From positions 1 through 61,697 of the IMG/VR virus record IMGVR_UViG_3300047550_003451: a stretch of 61,697 bases of DNA, one strand, 5' to 3'. The stretch comes from a virus. Its lineage: Duplodnaviria > Caudoviricetes. The translations under genes and the position numbers were made by a program. The notes below the pieces were generated by a model. That model did not search any database. It worked only from the letters and a program-made list of their open reading frames with translations, and was not told the origin of the DNA. Position 1 is the first letter of the stretch. Every line of letters begins with the position of its first letter. This document shows positions 18,818 to 31,044 of the stretch, piece after piece.

Positions 18818-21800
18818 ATGAGCTACCCCTTTTGGACGTCCAATCCCAGTCTGGGTCAATATACAGCAGGATTCAGTTTCACTGCCAATCCTCTTGTTTT
18901 GACATTTGGGGAAAGCAATCAGCCTCCACTTAGCTGTAGTGTGAGTTTGCTGAATGGCCAATTGCCTGAAAATTTGAGTTTTCAGCAAATAGGGTTCACT
19001 GTTCTAATCCAAGGATTGTTGGCAACAGTAGCACAAGATCAGGATTATGAATTTACGTTTAGAATAAGTAATGGAAATCAAATAGCTGACCAAACTTTCC
19101 AGTTACAAGTTTTGGGCACACCCACAGTGCCTGTTTTTGAATGGATTACTGACAATGTTAATACTCTGGGATATGTATATCCAGGTAGTGAAAATGTTTT
19201 TTTGATACAGGCAAAAGTGGATCCTGTGGAAATCATTTACTATGATTTCTTAAATCAAAATTTCAGCAAGGGTATCACTATCAACAATGTGACTGGCCAA
19301 ATCACAGCCAATCTTGATTGGCAAAGCAGCACTGCCTACTCAAGTGTCACACCAGATTATGTTTACAATGATAAGATATTATATAGATGTACTATCAGTG
19401 GAGTGAGTGCACCCAGCAATGGCCCGGTGGGCACAGGTGTAAACATAGTTGATACTATATATCCTGGCTGGCAACCCAACAGTTATTACACTCCCAACAG
19501 CATAGTCTACAATGACTTGGGTAAAATTTACAAATGTCAAGGATATGGTTTTAGTGCTACCAGTGGAGGGCCAACTGGCACTGGTAATGCTATTGTGGAT
19601 AATGATGTAACCTGGGATTTTGAATATCAATCTCCTGTATGGGCCAGTCAAATAGGAGCTAACATTCAACAACAACTGCTGTGTTATGCAGTTATTGGAG
19701 AACCTGTAACAGTAATCTACAAGCAATTTACAATCCGATTGTTGAGCGTGCCCACTGGTCCTCAGTGGATTACACCATCCGGATTGTTGGACAGTCTCGT
19801 TCCCCAAATAGAATTTGGCATTCAACTGGAGGCCGTAGATCCAGACCTGGGCCCATTAACCTGGTCACTGCTGCCCGGAGCTCCCAGTTGGTTGAACATA
19901 AGCAATATTGGATTGTTGTTTGGCACTTCTCCCAACCCTCTTGTTAGCACAACCTATAGCTTTAGTGTGCAAATTACTGATCCCAGCCTAGTCACCAACG
20001 TGCAAACTTTCAGTCTGCAAGTGATAGTAGAACAGACAAATTTAACTTGGATCACTCAAAGTGATTTAGGCATCAGTGTGGATGGCGCGTTCAGTGACAA
20101 ACGCATACAAGCAAAAACTCTGCAATCACAACAAATTGTAACATACGGATTGAGTGGTGGTATGTTACCTCCAGGCACAAAAGTCAACCATACCAGTGGT
20201 ATGCTGGAAGGATATGTGGATTTTCATGCTCAAAGCAAAACGTATTATTTTGAAATTACAGCCACTGATACAGTGGATACAATTGTTCAACAATTTAGAT
20301 GGACTGTACAAAGTCAAAATTTGGGGATCTACAGTGAATTTGCTATTCCTATAACTGGTGAGCAGAGATTACAGTTGATAACCTTGAATGATACAAGTGT
20401 GGTGGACGAGACCCAACTATTTCTATTGAATGAACCTGGCTGGGGAAGGCTGGATCGCCTGGCCATTCCCATCATATCAGGCATCAGGCACATCAACAGT
20501 GAGCTGACCAAATCAATTATAAGCTTTTGGTTACACAATTTCCGAGTCAGCTTGAATTACTTTAGCGTTACCAATTTCACCAACAGTGACTTTCAAATAG
20601 TAAGTTTGAATGTACAAGACGCAGACAGCTTGCATGTATGGCAGCCCCAACAAGCCATCGATTTGAATCAACGTGTGAGTAGCACCCAGGGATTGAGGTA
20701 CCAAAGCACCACTGCTGGAACAACTGCATCCTTGCCTCCTCAGGGGCAATCAAGCATGATCGTTGACGGAACTGTAGTGTGGACGTATGACAGCCAACCC
20801 TTGCCCTATGCTGGAGTAAGTTGGCCGCTGCCTTGGTATCCTTATCACTATTATGTGCCAGGTATCTCTGTAGTCAACGATGGTGGAATTTATGTGTGTA
20901 CACAAGCGGGGTATAGTGGTGGATATCAAGGTCCCCGGGGCACTCAGATGAACATCCTGGACAATCAAACAGAATGGGATTATGTGAGTAATGTGACTGG
21001 TGCTTATGGCAACGTGTTTTTTCCTGCCAATATTTTCAATTTGCGTAAACAATTGCGTGATACTTTTGGATTGAGCACTAGTTGGGGCACAGGAGCACAA
21101 TTCCAGGTGGTTGTTGACACTGTGAGCTCAGGTATACAGTCAATCACAATTATTAATCCTGGGCAAGGTTATTGGTGTGCTCCTCCATTGCGCATTATGG
21201 GCATGGGACAAGGGGCACAATTACAAGCCAAGCTGGGTCTTTTACAAGCAACAATCATCAACAGTACTGTGGGATTTGTTTTGAATGATATTTTGCTGGT
21301 GGATCTGGGACAAGATCAATCAGCACAATTAAAGGTCACCAGTGTGGACAATTTGGGCAATGCATTGGCACTCCAAGTTGTTGATGCAGGACTTTTTGAT
21401 AGAGTTCCCAGTACTGAATTACGTTTTTTCAAATCCCAAAACATATATGTTACAGCCAAATTGCTTGTGGGAATCCAACAAGTGCAAGTGCTGCAACCAG
21501 GTAGAGGTTATGTATATGATCAAACTTTTGTAGATGTGAGTGGTTATGAAATAGATAGCACTGCACAACGGTTGATCAACGATTTTTATTTCAATCTACC
21601 GTTGTGTTACATACAAAACAGTCAACAATCACAGGTTAGAGAATATTTACAAACAGCTGATAATGACTTTGGCGGAATTGCCATCACTGCCAACATGATC
21701 AGTCAAACAATAACTGGTGTCCAATGGCAGGGGCATGCTCGATTTGATACCAACGATTGCACCTTTGATGCTGATCAAACCCGATTTGTTGATTTCCAAC

Positions 21801-22030
21801 CAGCCAGTCAAACAATTTTTGATACCAATACAACCTATTGGGATGATAATAACCTCACATTTGATGGCGATTGGTTGGAACAATATCCCAATTGGAGTCA
21901 AACCATATTTGATCAAGCAACCACAATATTTGATTATTATCAAACACTGTTTGATGAGCAGCCTGTTCAAACCGGCAGCAGATATGCAAGAACAAGTTAT
22001 TGGTATTTTGGAAAACCTTTCAACCCATGA
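18818..22030 (+). CDS. Virion structural protein with Ig-like and CBM-like repeats
   Basis: GQLPENL/GMLPPG Ig-like repeats, W...Y.C...G...P repeats, C-terminal TxFD repeats. Confidence 0.7.
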   Translation: MSYPFWTSNPSLGQYTAGFSFTANPLVLTFGESNQPPLSCSVSLLNGQLPENLSFQQIGFTVLIQGLLATVAQDQDYEFTFRISNGNQIADQTFQLQVLGTPTVPVFEWITDNVNTLGYVYPGSENVFLIQAKVDPVEIIYYDFLNQNFSKGITINNVTGQITANLDWQSSTAYSSVTPDYVYNDKILYRCTISGVSAPSNGPVGTGVNIVDTIYPGWQPNSYYTPNSIVYNDLGKIYKCQGYGFSATSGGPTGTGNAIVDNDVTWDFEYQSPVWASQIGANIQQQLLCYAVIGEPVTVIYKQFTIRLLSVPTGPQWITPSGLLDSLVPQIEFGIQLEAVDPDLGPLTWSLLPGAPSWLNISNIGLLFGTSPNPLVSTTYSFSVQITDPSLVTNVQTFSLQVIVEQTNLTWITQSDLGISVDGAFSDKRIQAKTLQSQQIVTYGLSGGMLPPGTKVNHTSGMLEGYVDFHAQSKTYYFEITATDTVDTIVQQFRWTVQSQNLGIYSEFAIPITGEQRLQLITLNDTSVVDETQLFLLNEPGWGRLDRLAIPIISGIRHINSELTKSIISFWLHNFRVSLNYFSVTNFTNSDFQIVSLNVQDADSLHVWQPQQAIDLNQRVSSTQGLRYQSTTAGTTASLPPQGQSSMIVDGTVVWTYDSQPLPYAGVSWPLPWYPYHYYVPGISVVNDGGIYVCTQAGYSGGYQGPRGTQMNILDNQTEWDYVSNVTGAYGNVFFPANIFNLRKQLRDTFGLSTSWGTGAQFQVVVDTVSSGIQSITIINPGQGYWCAPPLRIMGMGQGAQLQAKLGLLQATIINSTVGFVLNDILLVDLGQDQSAQLKVTSVDNLGNALALQVVDAGLFDRVPSTELRFFKSQNIYVTAKLLVGIQQVQVLQPGRGYVYDQTFVDVSGYEIDSTAQRLINDFYFNLPLCYIQNSQQSQVREYLQTADNDFGGIAITANMISQTITGVQWQGHARFDTNDCTFDADQTRFVDFQPASQTIFDTNTTYWDDNNLTFDGDWLEQYPNWSQTIFDQATTIFDYYQTLFDEQPVQTGSRYARTSYWYFGKPFNP

Positions 22031-22072
22031 GCATAAATATATTCACAATGTGGCCACTCTTGACGAGGACAG

Positions 22073-23149
22073 ATGACCAGCAATATTAACCCTACAGGAA
22101 TCAATGCAAATTACCCTTTGATCAACTATAACAATCCCAGCCAAGGATTGAGAGATAATTTTGCAATAATCAAGAACAGTTTGGTCACAGGTGCCGCAGA
22201 GATCACAGCCCTGCAAAACATTTTGAGTGGCACCACTGGTATTACTGGACCCACTGGTAGCAATACAGGATATACAGGAGTCACCGGCTCAACTGGCCCC
22301 ACTGGTGCTCAAGGTATACCAGGGAGTGCCACACTCACAGGCGCAAGAGGAGCCACAGGTCCCAGAGGCTTTCCTGGTAGTGCAACCAACACAGGAGCAA
22401 CTGGACCCACTGGTTATACTGGGGCCCCAGGACCCATTGGCGCCCCCAGTGTGGTGACTGGCCCCACTGGTTATACTGGACCTGAAATTACAGGACCCAC
22501 TGGCGCAACAAGTGTTATCACAGGACCCACTGGTTTTACTGGACCGCTGGGCACAGGACCCACTGGTGCTACTGGTGCAACAAGTGTTATCACAGGACCC
22601 ACTGGTTTTACTGGACCACTGGGCACAGGACCCACTGGTTTTACTGGATATACGGGCGCCACTGGTCCAGCAGGAGGACCACCTGGTCCTCCTGGAGTGA
22701 CAGGTCCCACTGGCAACACAGGTTCATCAAGCACAGTCACAGGCCCCACTGGCTACACAGGCTACACAGGCGCCACTGGATCTCCTGGCTCAGCCAGCAA
22801 TACAGGTGCAACAGGCCCCACTGGTGCCACTGGTGCCCAAGGGATCGCTGGAGGTTCCAGTTTTCCTTCATCTAGAGTGGTTATCACAGGTAGTTTTGTA
22901 GCCACAACCAGTCACACCTACATTGGTGCTGCGACTGGAAATATTACAATCACACTTTCAAGCGGCACAACCAATCAAAAATTGATTGTAAAAGATGAGG
23001 TTGGTGCTGCAACTGGTGCAGCCCCCATCACAATAAACACTGTGGCAGGCCAAACTATTGATGGACAGGCATCATATACTATTGCCACCAACTATGGATT
23101 TGTGTGGTTATATTATAATAATAATTGGTTTGTGATAGGCAAGGATTAA
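22073..23149 (+). CDS. Collagen-like (Gly-X-Thr) fibre protein
   Basis: N-terminal SQGLRDNF motif; long GPTG repeats; C-terminal TIDGQ domain. Confidence 0.8.
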   Translation: MTSNINPTGINANYPLINYNNPSQGLRDNFAIIKNSLVTGAAEITALQNILSGTTGITGPTGSNTGYTGVTGSTGPTGAQGIPGSATLTGARGATGPRGFPGSATNTGATGPTGYTGAPGPIGAPSVVTGPTGYTGPEITGPTGATSVITGPTGFTGPLGTGPTGATGATSVITGPTGFTGPLGTGPTGFTGYTGATGPAGGPPGPPGVTGPTGNTGSSSTVTGPTGYTGYTGATGSPGSASNTGATGPTGATGAQGIAGGSSFPSSRVVITGSFVATTSHTYIGAATGNITITLSSGTTNQKLIVKDEVGAATGAAPITINTVAGQTIDGQASYTIATNYGFVWLYYNNNWFVIGKD

Positions 23150-23574
23150 TGGCAGTATTCAGCAATGTAAACCCAAATTTTCCCAGCCCTGGTATTGATC
23201 AGAGCAGCAAGGGCTTTAGAGACAATTTCACAATTATCAAAACAGAAATTGAACGACTACAGGGCAAAACCATCAGTTTGACTGGTGACGTATCTGGTGG
23301 ACCTGTGATGATAGACAGCGGCACGAATAATCTGATCATCAACACCACCAGCAAAGTTGTACGACAAACATTTACCAATGCCACTCTAATTGCAGGAATC
23401 TTGACAGTCACTCATAATTTGAACCAACAGTTGGTGATTGTTCAGGTCAGCAACAATTTAAACCAAGTGATTGTTGCTGATCTGATAACACTTACTAATA
23501 CCAATGTTACAACAATTGATCTATCCAGTTATGGAGTTATTGTGGGTACTTGGTCAGTAATAATCAGAGCATAG
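23149..23574 (+). CDS. Small virion protein with xQGxRDNF N-terminal motif
   Basis: SKGFRDNF; start overlaps the upstream stop (TAATG). Confidence 0.65.
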   Translation: MAVFSNVNPNFPSPGIDQSSKGFRDNFTIIKTEIERLQGKTISLTGDVSGGPVMIDSGTNNLIINTTSKVVRQTFTNATLIAGILTVTHNLNQQLVIVQVSNNLNQVIVADLITLTNTNVTTIDLSSYGVIVGTWSVIIRA

Positions 23575-24157
23575 GATTAGACTTGATCAAATCCACCAGT
23601 TGTAGAAGATTCTTGATACGTATAACACATGTATGGCTGAAATTTTGGTTGTGCGCAGCATCTACAAGGAAGCATGCATGGTCAAAAGGTATGCCCATGG
23701 GGGCATTTTCACTTCTATCCTCTACCCAATAGCTGGGTGGAAATTCTGCCAAGTAGCGCATTTTGTCAGAACTGGTGGCTGTGCAAATAATTTTTGCAAA
23801 TACATTACCAAAAGCCTGCTCTAAATTTTTGGTTCGCAAACATCGCGTCCTAGGATCCACACCACAAGCGGTTATCACAGCCATGGGGAATTGTTCACTC
23901 AAACAGTCAATTGCAGCTTGTGCTCCAGGCAAAGGAGCCAAATGTTCATATTCCTCACTTGTGTGAAAGCTTTCTATCAATTCCAAGCTTTCTTGTTTGC
24001 TAATACCAAATCGATCCCATAAAAACCAATGTTGTTGATTGAATTGCAACTTGGCAGACAACTGCGGCATGTGTTTGTGAGCATGATTGACAATACCTTG
24101 ATCCCAGTCCAGCAGCACTCCATCACAATCTAGCAATATCCATGGTGGATTAGCCAT
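23564..24157 (-). CDS. HAD-family 5'-nucleotidase/phosphatase
   Basis: ILLDCDGVLLDW, PLPGA, WVEDR..N. Confidence 0.75.
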   Translation of the reverse strand: MANPPWILLDCDGVLLDWDQGIVNHAHKHMPQLSAKLQFNQQHWFLWDRFGISKQESLELIESFHTSEEYEHLAPLPGAQAAIDCLSEQFPMAVITACGVDPRTRCLRTKNLEQAFGNVFAKIICTATSSDKMRYLAEFPPSYWVEDRSENAPMGIPFDHACFLVDAAHNQNFSHTCVIRIKNLLQLVDLIKSNPML

Positions 24158-25091
24158 TGCGGATAAGCTCCAATTCTACTAGAGTGGCTGCCATGAGAAT
24201 TTCTGGATCAGCTGCAATAGAATGGTCCCGCAATCTGTTGGCTATCACCACAATAGCCTGATTTTGTTTTTGATCCGTGTTGCCCCACCAGTCCAGATTA
24301 CGATAGAGCAGTCTGTAGAATTCTTCGTATTCGTTGATTTGAATTTTGCTGCTCAATAATTTTCTAGCTTCAGTTATGCGACCTTGCTTGAACAAACTCA
24401 CAGCAGCCACCATATATTCACTGGTGCCACTCACAGTGTCCCCACTGGGTTTATTCAACTTGCCATTGATACAATTTTGTTGCAACATGTTAATACATTT
24501 TCGCAAATCTGGATAAGCTGTGTCAACATAATCGTCCAATATGGCAAGATTGCTTTCATTCAAGTCAACACCTTCTTTGACCAAAATTGTGGCAATCCGT
24601 TCAAAATACTGTGCGCGATCCAAACTTTGAATTTCAAATGTTTGACACCGACTTTTGATGGGAGGAATAATCTTGTGGCTGAGATTGGCTGTAAAGATAA
24701 ACCTAGCAACTCCGCTGTAGGTTTCCATCATGTTTTTTAGTCCAGCCTGTCCATTGGGAGAAAAATAGTCTGATTCATCAATCATCACATACCGGAAATT
24801 GCCCATGGCCATGGTACTAACAAAATTTTCCAAGTCGCGCACTACATCAATACCATTGTCTGTACATCCATTCACAAATTTCACATCACTACTGTGCACC
24901 CCCAATAGCTTGAGCAACATAAAGCACAAACTGGTTTTGCCAGTCCCTTGAACTCCTGTGATGCACAAATGGGGGATTCTACCTTCGGCTACCCAAGATT
25001 CCACTTGGTTTCTTTGATGGATACTACTCCACACATAATCATCTAAATTTTGAGGACGATACTTTTCTACCCATAGGTCACTGCTGATCAT
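24150..25091 (-). CDS. Clamp-loader subunit (RFC-small/T4 gp44-like AAA+)
   Basis: WVEKYRP, GVQGTGKT, IDESD, SRC motif, DLRKCIN. Confidence 0.92.
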   Translation of the reverse strand: MISSDLWVEKYRPQNLDDYVWSSIHQRNQVESWVAEGRIPHLCITGVQGTGKTSLCFMLLKLLGVHSSDVKFVNGCTDNGIDVVRDLENFVSTMAMGNFRYVMIDESDYFSPNGQAGLKNMMETYSGVARFIFTANLSHKIIPPIKSRCQTFEIQSLDRAQYFERIATILVKEGVDLNESNLAILDDYVDTAYPDLRKCINMLQQNCINGKLNKPSGDTVSGTSEYMVAAVSLFKQGRITEARKLLSSKIQINEYEEFYRLLYRNLDWWGNTDQKQNQAIVVIANRLRDHSIAADPEILMAATLVELELIRNG

Positions 25092-25153
25092 TTGTCACTC
25101 CTTTAATCTATGATGGTGGGGTTCACAGCCTGTGTCAACTGCCAACTAGACAC

Positions 25154-25180
25154 AAAAAGGGAGAGCCAGTCTCCCTTTTT
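25154..25180. terminator. Bidirectional intrinsic terminator
   Basis: AAAAAGGGAGA-GCCAG-TCTCCCTTTTT. Confidence 0.7.
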
Positions 25181-25207
25181 CCGTGGAATTGTTTTCCTCT
25201 TGTACAG

Positions 25208-25534
25208 TTATTCAAACACCAACAAAATATCCAGTGGGTCTACCATTCTTACAACCATGACTGGCTGATTGGCGATCTGTACTCTCACTCCTCTGCTCCA
25301 TCTACCATGAGCGACCAATATTTTGTCACCAGGTCTAATATAATCAATTTCTCTACCCACAGCATACACAGTGCAATATCGGGGTCTTATTCCACTGGGC
25401 TTGCCATCATCATCAGGTATTATTATGCCACCAGGGGTCTTGCTAGACCCGTGCTCCATGTTGGTTACCAAAACTTTGTTTTTGAGGGGCACAATTTCTG
25501 CCTGTACACTCCAATCATAAGGTTCACTGGTCAC
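25208..25534 (-). CDS. groES: Co-chaperonin GroES-like protein
   Basis: PLKNKVLV...TPGGIIIPD...VYAVG...PGDKIL. Confidence 0.82.
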   Translation of the reverse strand: MTSEPYDWSVQAEIVPLKNKVLVTNMEHGSSKTPGGIIIPDDDGKPSGIRPRYCTVYAVGREIDYIRPGDKILVAHGRWSRGVRVQIANQPVMVVRMVDPLDILLVFE

Positions 25535-25898
25535 TGTCTACTATCTTTCTTGAGCTCTTGGTAACAATCACACCTTGTTCCACCAGGTCACTTACTGTGG
25601 GAAAATCTTGATCATGTACTTTTTTAGTAGGGGTAGTGGCAATAGGATCAGGTTCAAGTGTTTGTTTGATACTGGCTGTTTGTTGCACTTGTTGTTGTAA
25701 TGCTCGTTTGCGAGCCCATTCAGCCTCCACTTGTTCTTGCGTTTTGAGGATTGTGCCATTGTCTCCCAATAGATCTCCTCGCACATTTGTACGAGTATTA
25801 CCCAGTGTGGGTTGATAGGGGTTCCTATCTGCAAGAGCAGAGAAATCCACAGGTTCTCCTCTCATGCTCAAATGTTGACGTCTCATTACTCTGGCCAT
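25524..25898 (-). CDS. Hypothetical phage protein
   Basis: AAGGA RBS directly after the MITE right end; SMRGEPVDF...GN...NVRGDLLG motif. Confidence 0.7.
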   Translation of the reverse strand: MARVMRRQHLSMRGEPVDFSALADRNPYQPTLGNTRTNVRGDLLGDNGTILKTQEQVEAEWARKRALQQQVQQTASIKQTLEPDPIATTPTKKVHDQDFPTVSDLVEQGVIVTKSSRKIVDSDQ

Positions 25899-25912
25899 TT
25901 TGTGTCCTTTTG

Positions 25913-26220
25913 GTGAACTACCACGCCCTCTAGGGCTGTGGCTTCCTGCTAGATTCCAGTTCACCTTTAGTCAATGAGTTTAGGCATTGGTGTGTGTTCT
26001 GGTCCACAGGTGATATTTTTTACGGACTTGTGGCACTTCCTGCCCTAGTCCCTGCGGTATTGCTACCGGGATATCCCAAGCCCGTTAGGGCTCTTGCTAC
26101 ATCACTAATATTATTTATACATAGAGGTTAACACAAATGCAACCAGATTCAAAAAAATAGTTGTGTTACAAGCCGCTATCCATCCAGGGGCTCTAGGCGC
26201 CTGGCTTTCAGAGGCGGGAG
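25913..26220 (-). mobile_element. Non-autonomous IS605-type MITE with omegaRNA-like scaffold, copy 2 (308 bp)
   Basis: TTAC target 26224-26221; both ends intact; same internal sequence as copy 1. Confidence 0.88.
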
Positions 26221-26227
26221 GTAATAT

Positions 26228-26746
26228 TTAGGGGTTTGTAGTCATGCTTGTTTTGAAAAATTCACTGGGATCCAAATCATAATCCAATGGATTGATTTTG
26301 TTCAAGCCAATCACATAAAGCACAAAACAACTCACACTGCTGCCTCGGCCCACACCCCAAACTAGGTTTTCTTTGGTCCATGTGTCTACCAAATAGATCA
26401 AATGCTTGAAAATGTGTTCCACATCCAGCTGTTGAATGATGTCCAATTCTATTTTTGCCCTGGCTTGTTCCTCTGGTGTTTGGCAAAGGGCTAACACATG
26501 AGAATGCAAATCTATACTAGCATAATCTTCAGGAGTAAACCATTCATTGAGATTGAATGATGGCTGCTGCCATGTGAAAGGCCATGTGTCCAAATATTCA
26601 CTCATTTGTAGATATTGATCTTTGGCACCAGAATCTTGCCATTCAAATTGAGCGTTTGCTAAATTGTTTGTATATGCCAATTCTATAATACCCTGATTGT
26701 TCACATGGCTCACACCATGCTCATCAAAAAATTGAAAATCGTTCAC
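26228..26746 (-). CDS. dnaE: DNA polymerase III alpha (DnaE) fragment of a split polymerase
   Basis: WGVGRGSSVSCFVLYVIGL.KINPLDYDL matches the DnaE GxGRGS...LxITxxDP motif; only 172 aa. Confidence 0.75.
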   Translation of the reverse strand: MNDFQFFDEHGVSHVNNQGIIELAYTNNLANAQFEWQDSGAKDQYLQMSEYLDTWPFTWQQPSFNLNEWFTPEDYASIDLHSHVLALCQTPEEQARAKIELDIIQQLDVEHIFKHLIYLVDTWTKENLVWGVGRGSSVSCFVLYVIGLNKINPLDYDLDPSEFFKTSMTTNP

Positions 26747-27048
26747 GATATGGGATTGAAACCTTTGCTTGTGGATATCACACCAGTATCATTTGGTTGA
26801 TCATCATCCAGTGGATCTGTGTTGATCACAACTCCACTTTGCATATTTTTCACAAGTGTATTCAACTTGCCGGCCCTCTCTTGTTTTTCTTGATTGATTT
26901 CCTCCAAATAGGCCTGTAACTGTTGCCATACCAATGGATTATGTTGTCCCGATCTGTGAATCATTTGCATGCGTTTGTGGATTTCGGCACTGCGTTTTTC
27001 AAGATCTTCATAGCTCATGGCTTGAATATTTGTAGGTAGAGAATTCAT
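26743..27048 (-). CDS. Hypothetical coiled-coil protein
   Basis: Stop overlaps the dnaE-fragment start. Confidence 0.6.
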   Translation of the reverse strand: MNSLPTNIQAMSYEDLEKRSAEIHKRMQMIHRSGQHNPLVWQQLQAYLEEINQEKQERAGKLNTLVKNMQSGVVINTDPLDDDQPNDTGVISTSKGFNPIS

Positions 27049-27167
27049 GCTAGCAACCCTTTTGCTTGATTCTAGTACAATCATTCCCCCATGTCAACAA
27101 ATTCAAGGATGGCTCAATTTGTGAACTCTATACCAGTGAGTGTGAAACTACAATGTCCCAAGACACT

Positions 27168-27198
27168 GCCCACAGCCCTTTAGGGCGTGGTAGTTCAC
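27168..27198 (+). repeat. Solo IS605-type right end
   Basis: CCACAGCCCTTTAGGGCGTGGTAGTTCAC. Confidence 0.85.
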
Positions 27199-27312
27199 AA
27201 ACAAAAAGTGTAATTTGTCCTTTAGAACCTGATATTATACCTCATTTTCCTGGGAGGATGATCCTGGCTGGATCTGACCAAATATACGAGGGGTAGTAGC
27301 CATATGTGTCTC

Positions 27313-30165
<2,853 letters not shown>

Positions 30166-30308
30166 GCCAATTCACTCTTGATGTTGCCATATTTAAACAA
30201 TTTGTCAAAATAATTTTCAATAACTTGCACTGTTGACCCAAGAGATTGTTACTTCTCAAGTGCAATAGTCTATTGCACTTGTGGACTCTATTAAAACGTG
30301 TTTATTAC

Positions 30309-30620
30309 CTCCCGCCGCGGAAAGTCTAAGCGCGGCCTACAGTTAAACCTGTGTGATATGTGGTACACGCAAAAGTCACATGGATCCCCAACCAACAATA
30401 CCATTGTGATGATTGTGGAATCTCCCAGCAAATGGACACAAATGCAGCCATCAATATCAAGAACTGGGAACAACAACAGATCATGCAGGGCAGGACCTGC
30501 CCCTACGCCTGTCTTGTGGTCACAGATATTCTCACTCATGGGGGTCTGATGTCAGCCACTACGATCAAGCAGGCAGCCACATCCCTAGAGGGCATGGTAG
30601 TCTACAGCCGTGGTAGTTCA
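30309..30620 (+). mobile_element. Internally deleted IS605-type element (left end + tnpB 3' remnant + right end)
   Basis: TTAC|CTCCCGCCGCGGAAAG; YHCDDCG...DTNAAINIKNW; ends GTGGTAGTTCA. Confidence 0.85.
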
Positions 30621-30959
30621 TTATGTATTGGCAGTTTCAACCAAACTCAATGTTATTTTCAATCCAGTATCTGCATCAGCTTGTCCAACTAACCTGTCGC
30701 CTTCTTCTAAAACCAATCTACCTGTGAGCATGGTTTTGGCGTCTTCAATAGGTATAGGACTGTTGGCAAGTAATTCAGTTTCTGTTCTTGCCCTCACATG
30801 TTTGAATGTAACTTTGCGTGTATTCAATGGATCCACATTTGCAACCTGTGCTAACAAGATGATCACAGTAACTCCAGTTGGACAAATATATAATGTTTGT
30901 GCAGTGGTCGTTAATTGTTTTGTGACGGTTTTAAACGTGTTCAAAGGCAAAACAGCCAT
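30621..30959 (-). CDS. Small virion-associated hypothetical protein
   Basis: LY.CP.G...IILLAQVAN...LVLEEGD pattern; lies between fibre genes. Confidence 0.65.
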   Translation of the reverse strand: MAVLPLNTFKTVTKQLTTTAQTLYICPTGVTVIILLAQVANVDPLNTRKVTFKHVRARTETELLANSPIPIEDAKTMLTGRLVLEEGDRLVGQADADTGLKITLSLVETANT

Positions 30960-31044
30960 TTTTATTTCCTATAATATATGTGCATATTTAAATCAAAAAC
31001 ACCAAACAATGGCTTTGATATAGTTTGGTTCATGAATCCAAACA

